A DNA stretch of 64,000 nucleotides from Setoptus koraiensis (Eukaryota; Animalia; Arthropoda), in assembly GCA_048013815.1 (NCBI GenBank), contig CM106585.1, positions 15,314,001-15,378,000 on the forward strand. The letters are read 5' to 3'. Shown in pieces: positions 1 through 10,922 of the stretch (its first letter is position 1; each line of letters begins with the position of its first letter). The translations under genes and the position numbers were made by a program. The notes under the pieces were generated by a model that saw nothing but the letters and a program-made list of their open reading frames with translations, ran no database searches and was not told the DNA's origin.

Positions 1-40
1 ATATTGAGCCGGCCATTATCGCGCAGCCACTTTTTAGCGG

Positions 41-196
41 TTGTAGTTGTAGTTGTAGTTGTAGTTGTAGTTGTAGTTGTAGTTGTAGTTGTAGTTGTAG
101 TTGTAGTTGTAGTTGTAGTTGTAGTTGTAGTTGTAGTTGTAGTTGTAGTTGTAGTTGTAGTTGTAGTTGTAGTTGTAGTTGTAGTTGTAGTTGTAG
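41..196. repeat. Perfect hexamer microsatellite (TTGTAG)26
   Basis: Read directly: 156 nt of uninterrupted TTGTAG. It produces the poly-Val of ORF 4..393. Confidence 0.97.
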
Positions 197-1195
197 CTGC
201 GCCACTATCACCGGGGCTCGGCGAATCGCATTTGCACGCGATAGTAACGGCGGCCGCCTCACCACTGGTGAGTCACTACACGTGTTATGAGGCGACTTTT
301 GTTGGAAATTGGGCGAAATTGGGTGAATTTTCAACTTTGCCAACTTCAACACGCACACGCAAGCCCGACGCGAAGAGGCCCGGCCAAACATAATGCAAAT
401 TCACTCGAGGCCATGAATAATGACGCCGATTGACGCTAATTTATCCAAGGCAGAATAAGTTTTTGAGCGAAGCAAGCGAGCCGAAATAAAGATAAACCGA
501 AAACAAATTAATTTCCAGTGTCTTTTGGGCCCGCAAACGCTTTGCCGAAATTGCTCGCCCGAACGGTTTGCAGATTGTTTCCGCTGCTGCAATGGTGCGG
601 ATTGGCAAATGCGTTGATGCTGCTTTAGTAGATTAGATTCCATTTGGGGCCCGTTGTGTCTAGTGTGTGCGGCCCGAGCAACAATACTATTGAAATTATT
701 ATCGATATCTATGGAAACCAGCCGATTATGAGGCATTATCGACACTATCGATTCGATGGTGCGCCTCTATTTCATTTTATTTTTGCCTATTTATCGGCCC
801 AATCTATGGCTCTATTTCTCTCTGTTTCATTTGCTGCTCAGCTGGGCCAAATGGGGGCAATATTGCAAAATATCTTGCGTCGCCGGGCTACTTACGATTG
901 GTTTTTGGCTGGGGCCGGCGCATGCCAGCCAGGCTGCAACAGAGCCGCACAGAGCCGCTAAGAGCCGCAAAAATACAGCAATACAGGAAACCATAAATCC
1001 AAGGATCATTTTGGGGCCCGCGTTAATATATTTTGTGTGTGCGAGCGCGTGCAAGAGATGAATTTTCAATTCATTCACTCCAACTCTGACTCTGACTCTG
1101 ACTCTGACTCGCAACTCGCAACTCGCGCTCAACTCGGGCGCCGGCGAGTTCCTGGCAAACAAATTGAGCCGGCCAGCCACTGTTGGCGGCCGGCG

Positions 1196-1277
1196 ACAAC
1201 AGCAGCAACGACAACAGCAGCAACGACGACAGCAGCAACGACAACAGCAGCAACGACAACAGCAGCAACGACAACAG
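1196..1277. repeat. 15-bp minisatellite (ACAACAGCAGCAACG) x~5.5
   Basis: Read directly; one unit has an A>G change. A short (ACTCTG)n run lies just upstream at ~1083-1110. Confidence 0.9.
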
Positions 1278-2385
1278 TTGCAGTTAGCTCAGGTAGCTCA
1301 CCTGTGACACAATATGATATTGGCGGCAACACGCCAATTCATACATATTCAAAACGTCATTATAATGATATGCGCAGTTTTGTTTGTGTGATTGCAATTG
1401 TGCTACCTGAAGCATGTTGTATCGTATCTGTTACGTAACAGAACAGCCACTGACTTACTTGCTCGCTGGCTCACTGGCTCACTGGCTCACTGGCGGCCTG
1501 TTATCTGGCTGGCCCACATACACAAATGAAAGCATTTGTTGGCCGGGCCTCGTTGCTGGTTAGCTGGCTAGTGACACTGCGCTAGCTGTAAGCTGCCTCA
1601 ATAATTGGCCCCCTTTCAAACCGATATCGCCAGTAACGGTAATAGTGACACAATGCATGCGCACGACACATAATAACAATTTACACTATGCCAACAACAG
1701 CCACAACAACAACAGCGACAACAACAACAACAATTCACCAGCGATCGGGGCGCCAAACAAACATGCACACAGGGTGCATGTCGTTGCTGTTGCTGCTGTT
1801 GTTGTCATTCTTTTAGGCCCCTCTAGCAATCATTATAAATAATAAGCACGCACAAAATCACGAGCTAGCTCGGCGATTGGTGGCGTCAATTGCGCCAATT
1901 GCATCATTGGTGGCAGGTGCGCCAGTCTGGTTCGCTTGGCTAACCTCATGGTCGTCGGTTGCTGTTGCTGCTGTTGGGGAGGCGCTAATTTGGGTTGGCA
2001 GCGCACAATTGGCCCCATCTAACAGCCAGCCCAATAAATCGCTATGGCGCGGTAAATAAAGAAATACGATATAACGAATATAAGTTGCGACAGTATCAGT
2101 GCAGCGGGGCTCTGTCGCAACCCTATTGCAACTTGCAACAGACCCAATTAATAGCAATAGTGGACAATAGTGCAATGACCAGCTCGTCGGATTATCATTA
2201 TTCATTGTCGATAGGTAAATAGAGCGCCATTTAGAGCACTGACGCATAAAGAATGAGAGATTAATTAGTGGAGAATATTCACCATATTGCAGCCTTCTAA
2301 TTGGCACTCGATGACCAATCAATTGCTGTCTGCTGTCTGTCGCTCTCACTATTCAATCTGTCTCTATCTGACGGTCTCTATCTGA

Positions 2386-2420
2386 TGCAATTTGTCTCTA
2401 TCCGATAGAGACAAATTGCA
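2386..2420. repeat. Perfect palindrome, 17-bp arms, 1-nt spacer
   Basis: TGCAATTTGTCTCTATC-C-GATAGAGACAAATTGCA; arms checked as exact reverse complements. Confidence 0.95.
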
Positions 2421-5400
2421 ACCAATGGCCCATGGGTCAGATGAGGCCGGCATGCCGGTGCTCACTAACTGGCCAAACTATTTCGGACACTTGATCTATC
2501 TTTTCATGTTTCTCATCAATTGATCTAGTCGTCGAATGATCTAGTCGTCGAATGGCCAATCTAGACCGATTGCACCAATTGAACCCAACAGCTCACTTAA
2601 TCTGTCATCGCTGAAAAGGACGACGCCAATACTATTGGCCCAATAGACGACCAGTGCAATCAGTGCCGAGATACCTTCAGCTCCAAAGCCAGTTGATATC
2701 TACGTAGGGCCCCATAGTATGAGGGCCTCATAACAGAGAGTTACAAGCGAAAAGAGTCAAGATTTTTCCGCATTTCGTGAGGTAGCCAACCAATCGTTCG
2801 TCTGTGAGTTATCAGCCATGAGAGCAGCCCATCATAGCTCAAGCGACTCGCCGATGATTTTCATTTCGCATACAAGGGAAACTCTTGGATTTTTGCTAGA
2901 TTTTTCGGCCCAATTCGTGCACACTTTGCACATCTAGCATCCATTATGCGAGCATCCCTTATACGAGCATCCCTTGTACGAGCATGCCTTCAAGGGATTC
3001 CCTCATACGATAGAAATTGTGACAATCGATTACTTGTTGCGGCAAAGTGAAGCCAAAAAGACGCCCAAATGGCGACAAAGTGACGCCAAATGTAATCTGT
3101 AAAATACCATGTGTAATGGCAACGAAGGCAGCATAATTGCGCCAGATTGAGCAGTCTCGTGGAGGCCAGAATCGTTGGGCGAAACTTTTCGTTACAGCAC
3201 GCCGGAATTATTACCGGTATTTTGCTCGCGACACGAAAAAATATCTGGTCTGATCGGTAGTGCAAACGGTTGAATTTGCGCACCTTCGGCCGGACCTGTC
3301 GACTCGAAAGTTTCGAGTTCGTTGCCTCGGTCATACGAATGTGGAAGCTCGTTTTGCTGGTGGTGATTTTATCATGGGCGCAAATCTTTCAATTCCAGCA
3401 AATCGTCAATGAGGGCGAGAGTGGCAGTGGCAGTGAAAGGTTTCGGTAAAAATGAGAGGGAACCGTTCAGGCTTAAATGGGCAATTTGTGTCTGAAAAAA
3501 TGCGTTCGAGTGATTTGGCATCGACTCGACTCGAATTGCAATTTGCGCCTTGCGATTTTCGATTTTCGGCCGGCCAGCTTGACACAAATACATGTATACA
3601 TATATGAAAGTGCCACATTTCGGGCGATTTTCACACAGGGGCGCTGTGAGCCAATCGGTGGCTGTCGGTCATGGTGACTTTCAATGGCGAGAATCAAATT
3701 TGAATTTTCAACAGTTCGTCACCAGGGGCCGGCCAGATCTGGCCGAATAACAATACAATTTGCGATAACACGACACTAACCTTGATAACAGGGGACACTT
3801 TTTGGGGCCCCAATTGCAACTGGCAAATTGTCAGTGCACAGTGCAAGTAATGCAGCAGTAATCCGTGGCGGGCCAACTCATTTTGTATTCAACCGACAAG
3901 AATATATGAATTAATTAATTTGGGGCCCCATTGTGTGACACAACAGGCAAAAGTTGTGGCGCGATTGTTTCGTGTGGGCGCACTTAGTGTAATGTTACAT
4001 ATGTCATGCGTATGTAACATTAGGTAACAAGGTTGCGCAAGCAACTTACCAGTGGTAAGTGTTTACGTAACGGCCCGTTATAAATATCACAACCATTATA
4101 ATAATGAAATTGAATGGCTAATTGCTAATTGCTGATTCAATAATTGTTGTGGGCGATAACAGCGGCATGCACACAGCTCATTACTAATACGCCATACGTA
4201 GGCAGGCTGCTGAGGCCCGCTGAGGCCCACTGAGGCCCGCTGAGGCCCGCTGAGGCAACGATAAACAGAGGCAACGATAAACAGAGGCAGCGATAAACAA
4301 AAGGTGCTAGCCAGACTACATTACATGGGATATTACATGATCATGCGATAATTTGCCAGTTGGCGTGCTCGGCACCGTTGAGGCCCCGTTGCATGGAATT
4401 GGCGACAGCGCCAATGACAACGGCATAATAGTTGTGAGTCATTGTGTGGCGCCTCACAAGCTGAAATGGGCGCGTAATTGGCCCGAGATAAACGACGGCC
4501 CGGCGCAACTTGTCCCAACGATGCCCCGAGTGATTTGCCCAAATTCAAATTGGCGTGTCGCGCGAAACGTTCGGCTTTCCGCTTAATTGTAACCGTTACT
4601 GTTGGCCGTTCCGTCTGGTTGCCGTTTCTTTTCGTGTCGCGCGTCGTCTCGTTGTCGCGCTAATTAACTTGATCTGTCTCTCAACTTTTGCAACAAAAGT
4701 TTGTCGGCGGGCCTCTCGCGGGCGCGGGGGGGGGCTCGTCATTTCGGCCAGTCACCTGGCCAGAACAGTGGCGAAGCTACGAGTTTCTGGTAGCAGTTTT
4801 AGTGATAGGCAACGACATATCCAGTGCACAGTGCACAGTGTGCGGGATAACAGCTCACAATGGCTCGGCTCACAATCAAATTAGACTAATGAGAGCGATG
4901 CAACGGCGCCCAGCTTAGGCTCCAACAGCGAGTCAGCGGTATTATTATTTATTATGCAACAACGCGCAACTCATGTAATTAATTAAAACAAACAACAAAT
5001 GTCAAATGTGCTCACCTAATCTCGCCTAATTGTGCTCCCCGCTGGCACAGATCACTGAACTGTGTGCCGTCGTCATTGCTTGTTTGCTCGCCGTTTGGAC
5101 ACAGTCACAGTTTGCGAGTTTGCAAATTGTTGTGCAAGCTATTTTGCATAGATATGCGCGCCGTTATATGGTTAGTCAGCAGCCAGTGACGCAACTGAGC
5201 TGATGACTGATGTGACGTAACGCTGCTGATGACTGATGTGACGGTGACACCGGTGACGAGCGGCAGCCAGACGACAGGGCAAAAGTAAAATAAATACTCA
5301 CGTTATATGTGCTGTTCTAAACGGGGGAGGGGCCCCGTTCGCACCGCGTGCCAGGGGGGTATGAGCATGCGAGGGGCAAGTAAAATGGCAAGCGTTGTTT

Positions 5401-5790
5401 GCTCTGACTGTTGACTGTCGCTGCTCATCAATGCGCACACAAACATGCCCCGTCCAATGTCTAATTGCGCAATGTGAATTATGCCCACTCCCACAACAGC
5501 TTTTCCCAGCGAGCGAGGGAGAGGGAGCGAGCGAATGGGAGCTGGCAGCGTGCACCACGTGCTGGCCGGCTGATGCCGGCAGCGCGCATCGGGTGATATT
5601 TATACGCCGGCAAGTTGCAACAATGACTTTGGCGGATATTATTATCCACTGGCGTCGGATCACACGCGCGGCCCCAAAATGGGTCTGTCATCAGCTAATG
5701 AGCATTGCACAATTGTCAGTGGGGCCAATCACAAACACGAGCCAGTGTATCAGTTGTTGAGTCGTTGCGCTAATTTGCATGCTGCACTCC

Positions 5791-5824
5791 ATTTGTGACT
5801 GCACACAGTGCTGCAGTCACAAAT
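5791..5824. repeat. Perfect inverted repeat, 13-bp arms, 8-nt loop
   Basis: ATTTGTGACTGCA-cacagtgc-TGCAGTCACAAAT. Confidence 0.93.
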
Positions 5825-6996
5825 CAACGGACACGCCAGCGGGCCGGCCCCTAATGGGGGCCTCGAGCGAAAATGCATGTCGGAGTTGCACAAGTTGCGA
5901 GAGTCACTTACATATAATGTAAGTTACACTTATAAGTTGCTGCGTTGGCCGGAGCGCACAACAAGATATTGACAACACTTTATTGTTTGCCCATTTCATT
6001 CACTGGCCACTTGGCTCGGCTGCTGGGGCCCGGCGCAAACTCTCTGCCTTGTGACTCACAAGTTGTGAGTGCCAGCGTGCGAGACCCGAGCGAGTCGAAC
6101 GGGCTCGCCGGGCCGAGTGGGCCGACCGGGTCGAGTGGGCCAATCGTTGGAACGGGCCGACCGGACCGGATCGGATCGGCTTGAATAAATCAGCGCCAGC
6201 GTCGGGCCGATATGAGTGCTGCGTCAGCCATACAGTCCGTGACATATCGGCTGCCGCAGTCTCAAAAGCAATCGAGTGCCCAGTGACCGAAGTCGGGCCA
6301 CTACACTCTAGTGCCAGTGAGCCGGCCAACTGGCGGGCCAATTTTGAGGCCCCGGTCGCGAGCCTTGAGGCCCCGGTCGCGAGCTTTGGGGCCCTGTAGC
6401 GAGCGGCTCTCGGGGCCCGTGAGCCGGCTCGAGGGGAGCCGGTCAAGCGTTGAGCGGCCGATAAAATTGGCATCACATGTTGGCGGGCGGCAATGGCGAG
6501 CTGGCGGCGACAGTGGCCTTTAGACGAGATGACCGATTATTCACAAAGTTTGTGTGTCATGCGGAATTATGACTTTTCACACCATTGGCCCGGCTAAATG
6601 ACTCGCTCGGGTCGCATAATCCATCATGGGCCGGCCGCTGACATTTTGATTGTGTTTGTTGGCTGTTTGTCACTGTTTACCGCGCCGCTCTTGCGCCGCT
6701 CAACGGTCTCGCCAGTCTTGCCGGCGTCAACGGTCTCGGCAGCGTCAACAGTCGCTCAACTAACGGCCGGCCGGCCGACAATCCGACCGACCGATGCAAT
6801 TCGATGCACCCGTCGCTGCAGCGGCCGGCCGGCGCGCTGTTGCTTGAATTCGGTATTAGCGGCCGGCTACTTATTACGTATTCACCGGTGGTAATGGCAT
6901 TAAATGGCGCGCGAGACGAGCGGCGCACCCGAGGAAAAACGACGACAAAACGCGCGCGCGGAAGGAAAATAAAATTAAATCTGCCCGCCGAAGCCC

Positions 6997-6998
<2 letters not shown>

Positions 6999-7052
<54 letters not shown>
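6999..7052. repeat. (CA)27 microsatellite
   Basis: Read directly. Confidence 0.95.
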
Positions 7053-7054
<2 letters not shown>

Positions 7055-9940
7055 AATGACACATTGGGCGCTAAATAATTCCCGGAATTTGCCACTGGCT
7101 ACAATTGGAGCCGCGGCTCGAGCGAGCGAGAATTCGCCGGGCTCGACGGGCCGGCCCGCGGGTTGTCGCTCGCTGTTGATACCGGCAGTGGCGTGCACCG
7201 GCAAGTGGCATCTTGCACGAGCCAGCGACTGGCTCGCCAGTGGCCAACGGATGCCTGACAAGTCATTAACGTCGTTATCGGGCCAATTTCCGCGAATTGG
7301 GCCACTTTGGGCCAATTTTCCCCATCGGCGCCAACTGAGTCAGTTGAGCGACGGGCGCCGATTTGTCGCCCGTTGGTCAGTTTGGCCTCCGCCGCCACTG
7401 CCAATATGTACAAAATATTCATTACGCTAGCGCCGATTGGCCGTTGCAAAACCGGCGGCCGCGCCCCGTCGGGCGAGCCGCGGCTGCTTTGGCGCAACGC
7501 CACGGGACGATCACGGGCTGAGAACTTGAATGCGGCCCGCTTGTAAAAAGAATTGGCTTGAGCTGGCCGTCGGGCCGACCCTCTGGCCAGCCCCCACTGA
7601 CCGTTCGGCGTGCGCCCGCCGCTCGAACTGTCCGGCCGGCCGACTGTCCGGCTGCTGCGGGCTCGCGTGCCGGCCCGCGAGCGGGCAACCGTGGCCAGCG
7701 ACGGTCAGTGGCCGCGGCACGCCGAACAACGGTTGCCCATAACGGTGAATAAGGGCGAATAACGGTGAACAAGTGGACAAGTGCAGCGCGTGCCCCACCA
7801 AGATTTATGGACCTGCTAATGTGGCGTGCCGCGAGGTGTCAGTGTTGCAGTGTAACTGGGCCGTGGGCGCCGGCCCGAGCAATAGTGGCGCCACAACGGT
7901 GCCGTGCATGCACCGCAACTTGGCCGCTCGTGTGCATTGTTGCGGCTCGCGTGGGCCCCCCAAACTGGGCCGCTGGAGCGCCGTGGCGCGGGCATAATCG
8001 CGTCGCGCGAGCCCGCGAACCGGCCATGAATTCGAGCGAGCCACGAATTCGAGCGAGCCACGAATTCGAGCGAGCCACGAATTGGAGCGAGCCGGATATT
8101 ATTGCGGGCTCAGCCGGCCGCACTAATATCCAGCGGCGGTGCGTCAGTAGCGGCGGGCCCGCTTGCATGGGCGCCGATAATCATTTGTTGGTCGCATTAA
8201 AAGTGTTGCATTTTAGAAGACAAGTGCGGGCGTGTTGCGCTGGCAAATGATTCGCGGCTCGGCGCGGTGCAGCGCGGCCCGGCCCGGCCCGGCCCGGCTC
8301 AAATCAAAGTCAATCAATCATCAATATTCTCTGCGCTCTTGCGCATTGCATCATTAATAATTTTGCGCGGCCCACAACTGGCTCACAGTGTGTGCCCAAA
8401 GTGAGCCGGCATGCACCAGTGCACCGATGCACCCAGCAGCGGCGGCAGCAGCAGCGTGCTGTGGAGCCTAGTTGCGCAACCAACCAGGAACCCACTGGTT
8501 ACCGGCTGGCACGAGCTGCACCACAAACGTATAAACTGATGCGAGCGCACAAATGAGCAAGCCGTGGCTCACTCTCTGGTGCGGCTGCCGCTGCGAATAT
8601 CCGCCGCCGAATAATATTTGGCGAGACTGGCCAGATTGAGCTGTTTGCGGCGCCCCGTTGCCTTATTTCGGGCGCATTCGGGCCGCTTTTGCGCCCCGCT
8701 GCCCGCCGGCAGTTGCCAGCAATCTGGCCAGCAATCTGGCCAGCAGTCTGGCCAGAAATTAAACATCGTATCAGAGCGAGCGGCACAAAGTGACTAGTTG
8801 GCGTATTATGTGTGTTGCGGGCGCACAAAACATCGTGTCGCTTGTCATGGCACCGCGTTACGTAACTGTGACGGCCAATTGCAATGAGCGGCCATCGGTG
8901 CGCAATTTGTGTCACAAAGCGATCAAGCCGACGGGCCGCAGCTGGCTGCAACGGGCCGCAACCGGGCCGCACCGCGCGGTGCCATTCACTGGAAGCGGCA
9001 TTCATGATGCGCGATGATTTTGTCCAGTCCGATCGAGTCCGGGCCCGGCCAACAAAACCGTGCGTACAGGTAGCGCAGGTACGGGCGCGGCATTGTCGCG
9101 AGCAACAATGACACTCAGCTGCCGCTGCTGTTAGTTGCGTAACAGCACTAGTTTGGTAACACTTTCGCAACGATTTCGCAACGATTTCGTAACAGTTTCG
9201 TAACAGTTTCGTTACAGTTTCGTTACAGTTTCGCAACACAATCGCACAACAATCGCGTAACATAAGCGCAATAGTTGCGTAACAGTTGAGCGGCTAAGCT
9301 GAGCAAGCGTGAGCGTGTGTCTGGTGGCGCACAATTGACAGCAAACAACGATGACGACGCGCCCACTTTTACGGCTTCGCCCGGATTGAGCGGTCCGGCA
9401 GCACTGACCAAATACTCAAGCTGACCGCGCGGTGCACGGACTGCACCGCCGCACCGTCTGCACCGTCTGCGCCGTCTGCGCCGTCTGCACCGTCTGCATC
9501 GTGTGCACCGGGGGCCAGGGGCCCCACTCACAATGTCAGCCGGCCAATGTGTGTGTTTATAGTTAGCGGAATTGGCGAATGCGATGCCAGATTGAGGGAC
9601 GCACTCGGTCGGCTGGGGGGCCGCGCGACAACAAAACGCAGACGCACATTTGACAATCGTCTGGCCATTTGCCATGTCAGTGCCCGCCAGTTACGTAATG
9701 CACCTGTAACGGCCAGTGTACGGCCTGTCACTGGCAACATCCCTTGCGCAATGTCCCAGCGACAGGTACCTGTCGCCTTTGCACCTAGCCCGACTACTCT
9801 ATCCCGACAGGTGCATGTGCCGCGCCGTCGTTCCATATTTATGGTTTGTGTTGATGGTGCAAGCCCGGGTGCAGCCCGGGCGCCGGGCATTAGTGCCGGT
9901 CAGCGTGACTCACCTTGCGAGTCACGCTGCACCCACTCGG

Positions 9941-10016
9941 CAATGGCCAGACGCTGCATCCAGTGGCCAGACGCTGCATCCAGTGGCCAGACGCTGCATC
10001 CAGTGGCCAGACGCTG
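9941..10016. repeat. 20-bp tandem repeat (CAGTGGCCAGACGCTGCATC) x~3.8
   Basis: Head-to-tail copies with no spacers. Confidence 0.92.
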
Positions 10017-10210
10017 ACCAGTGGTCACACACGGGCCCGCACAAGCCACACAACATGCCAATAATAAACTGCTAAGGCAGACTGCAGCCCCCAGACACAC
10101 TTGACACAATGTCCTGTCTCACCTGTGCGTTACGCAACTTACGTTACGTAAGCGGCGCGCCTCGTGCGAACGCACGCGCTCCCGCGCGGTCTCACATGGC
10201 CTCACATGGC

Positions 10211-10280
10211 CTCACACGAGCCGCTCACACGAGCCGCTCACACGAGCCGCTCACACGAGCCGCTCACACGAGCCGCTCAC
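10211..10280. repeat. 13-bp tandem repeat (CTCACACGAGCCG) x5
   Basis: Read directly. Confidence 0.92.
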
Positions 10281-10807
10281 AATTTATGTGACTCATGCGG
10301 CCCCAAACGGGGCCCCACATGTGCCACTCGGGCGCTTGACAGGCCAGTGGTCAGCAGCACAAACAACACGAACAATCTCGGCAATCATCATGACTACGTG
10401 GCACAGACAGTTGAGCATCACATTAAGCCAGCCCGAGCGGTCTGTTAGGTTATACACAATTGGGTGTACACGGTCGCCGTGCGCCCCCATCGAGTACGTA
10501 CGTCTGTTCGCGAAAATATGTGCACAGCCCACTGGGCCTGGCACTTGGCCGCCAATTGCCGACGGCAGCCCCATTCGCGGGGCCCCTCCCCGGGACAGCG
10601 ACACGGTGGCGCCCTCCCAGAGGCCAGTTCCATCATAGCTGGCCCCTAACGGAGCTGTCTGTCGCAGCTCCACGCGGGCCTCTGGGGCGGCCGGCGGGCC
10701 AGTTGAATGGCTCTCTCTCTCTGAATGTCGCCGTTGTCTCCCCCAACCTAACCAACCTCAACCTCGTCCGAACCGTGCACACCACGGACCCATGGCCAGT
10801 ATCCATG

Positions 10808-10922
10808 CACGGATATTTGGCGCTCAGCCCTGTTTTGCCCCGAATATCGCTACAAACGGATTCGAATATCGCTACGAGAGGATCCGAATATCCGAATCCG
10901 AAAGCTATGCCAGATATCCGTG
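10808..10922. mobile_element. Possible MITE-like foldback remnant (115 bp)
   Basis: Terminal inverted repeats CACGGATATTTGGC / GCCAGATATCCGTG (13 of 14 match), with internal CGAATATCGCTAC x2 and ATCCGAATATCCGAATCCG. No target-site duplication is visible. Confidence 0.35.

Noticed and set aside
41-196. (TTGTAG)n as a telomere
   Set aside because: Unique sequence precedes it, the G/T-rich strand is in the wrong orientation for a left chromosome end, and it is not the arthropod TTAGG motif.
4-393. ORF with a long poly-Val run
   Set aside because: Translation artefact of the (TTGTAG)26 microsatellite.
749-763. RFDGA as the missing Elk exon 1
   Set aside because: Upstream residues do not match LLAPQNTFLDTIAT, and no phase-1 GT donor follows.
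2248-2289. Minus-strand QYGEYSPLINLSF resembling Cys-loop receptor loop C
   Set aside because: Only a 4-5 residue similarity, with no flanking M1 helix, Cys-loop or supporting exons.
2655-2696. CNQCRDTFSSKAS resembling a C2H2 zinc finger
   Set aside because: A stop codon falls before the His pair and the open frame is very short.
9941-10280. Regular short repeats as a CRISPR array
   Set aside because: Head-to-tail tandem copies with no unique spacers, no cas genes and a eukaryotic context.
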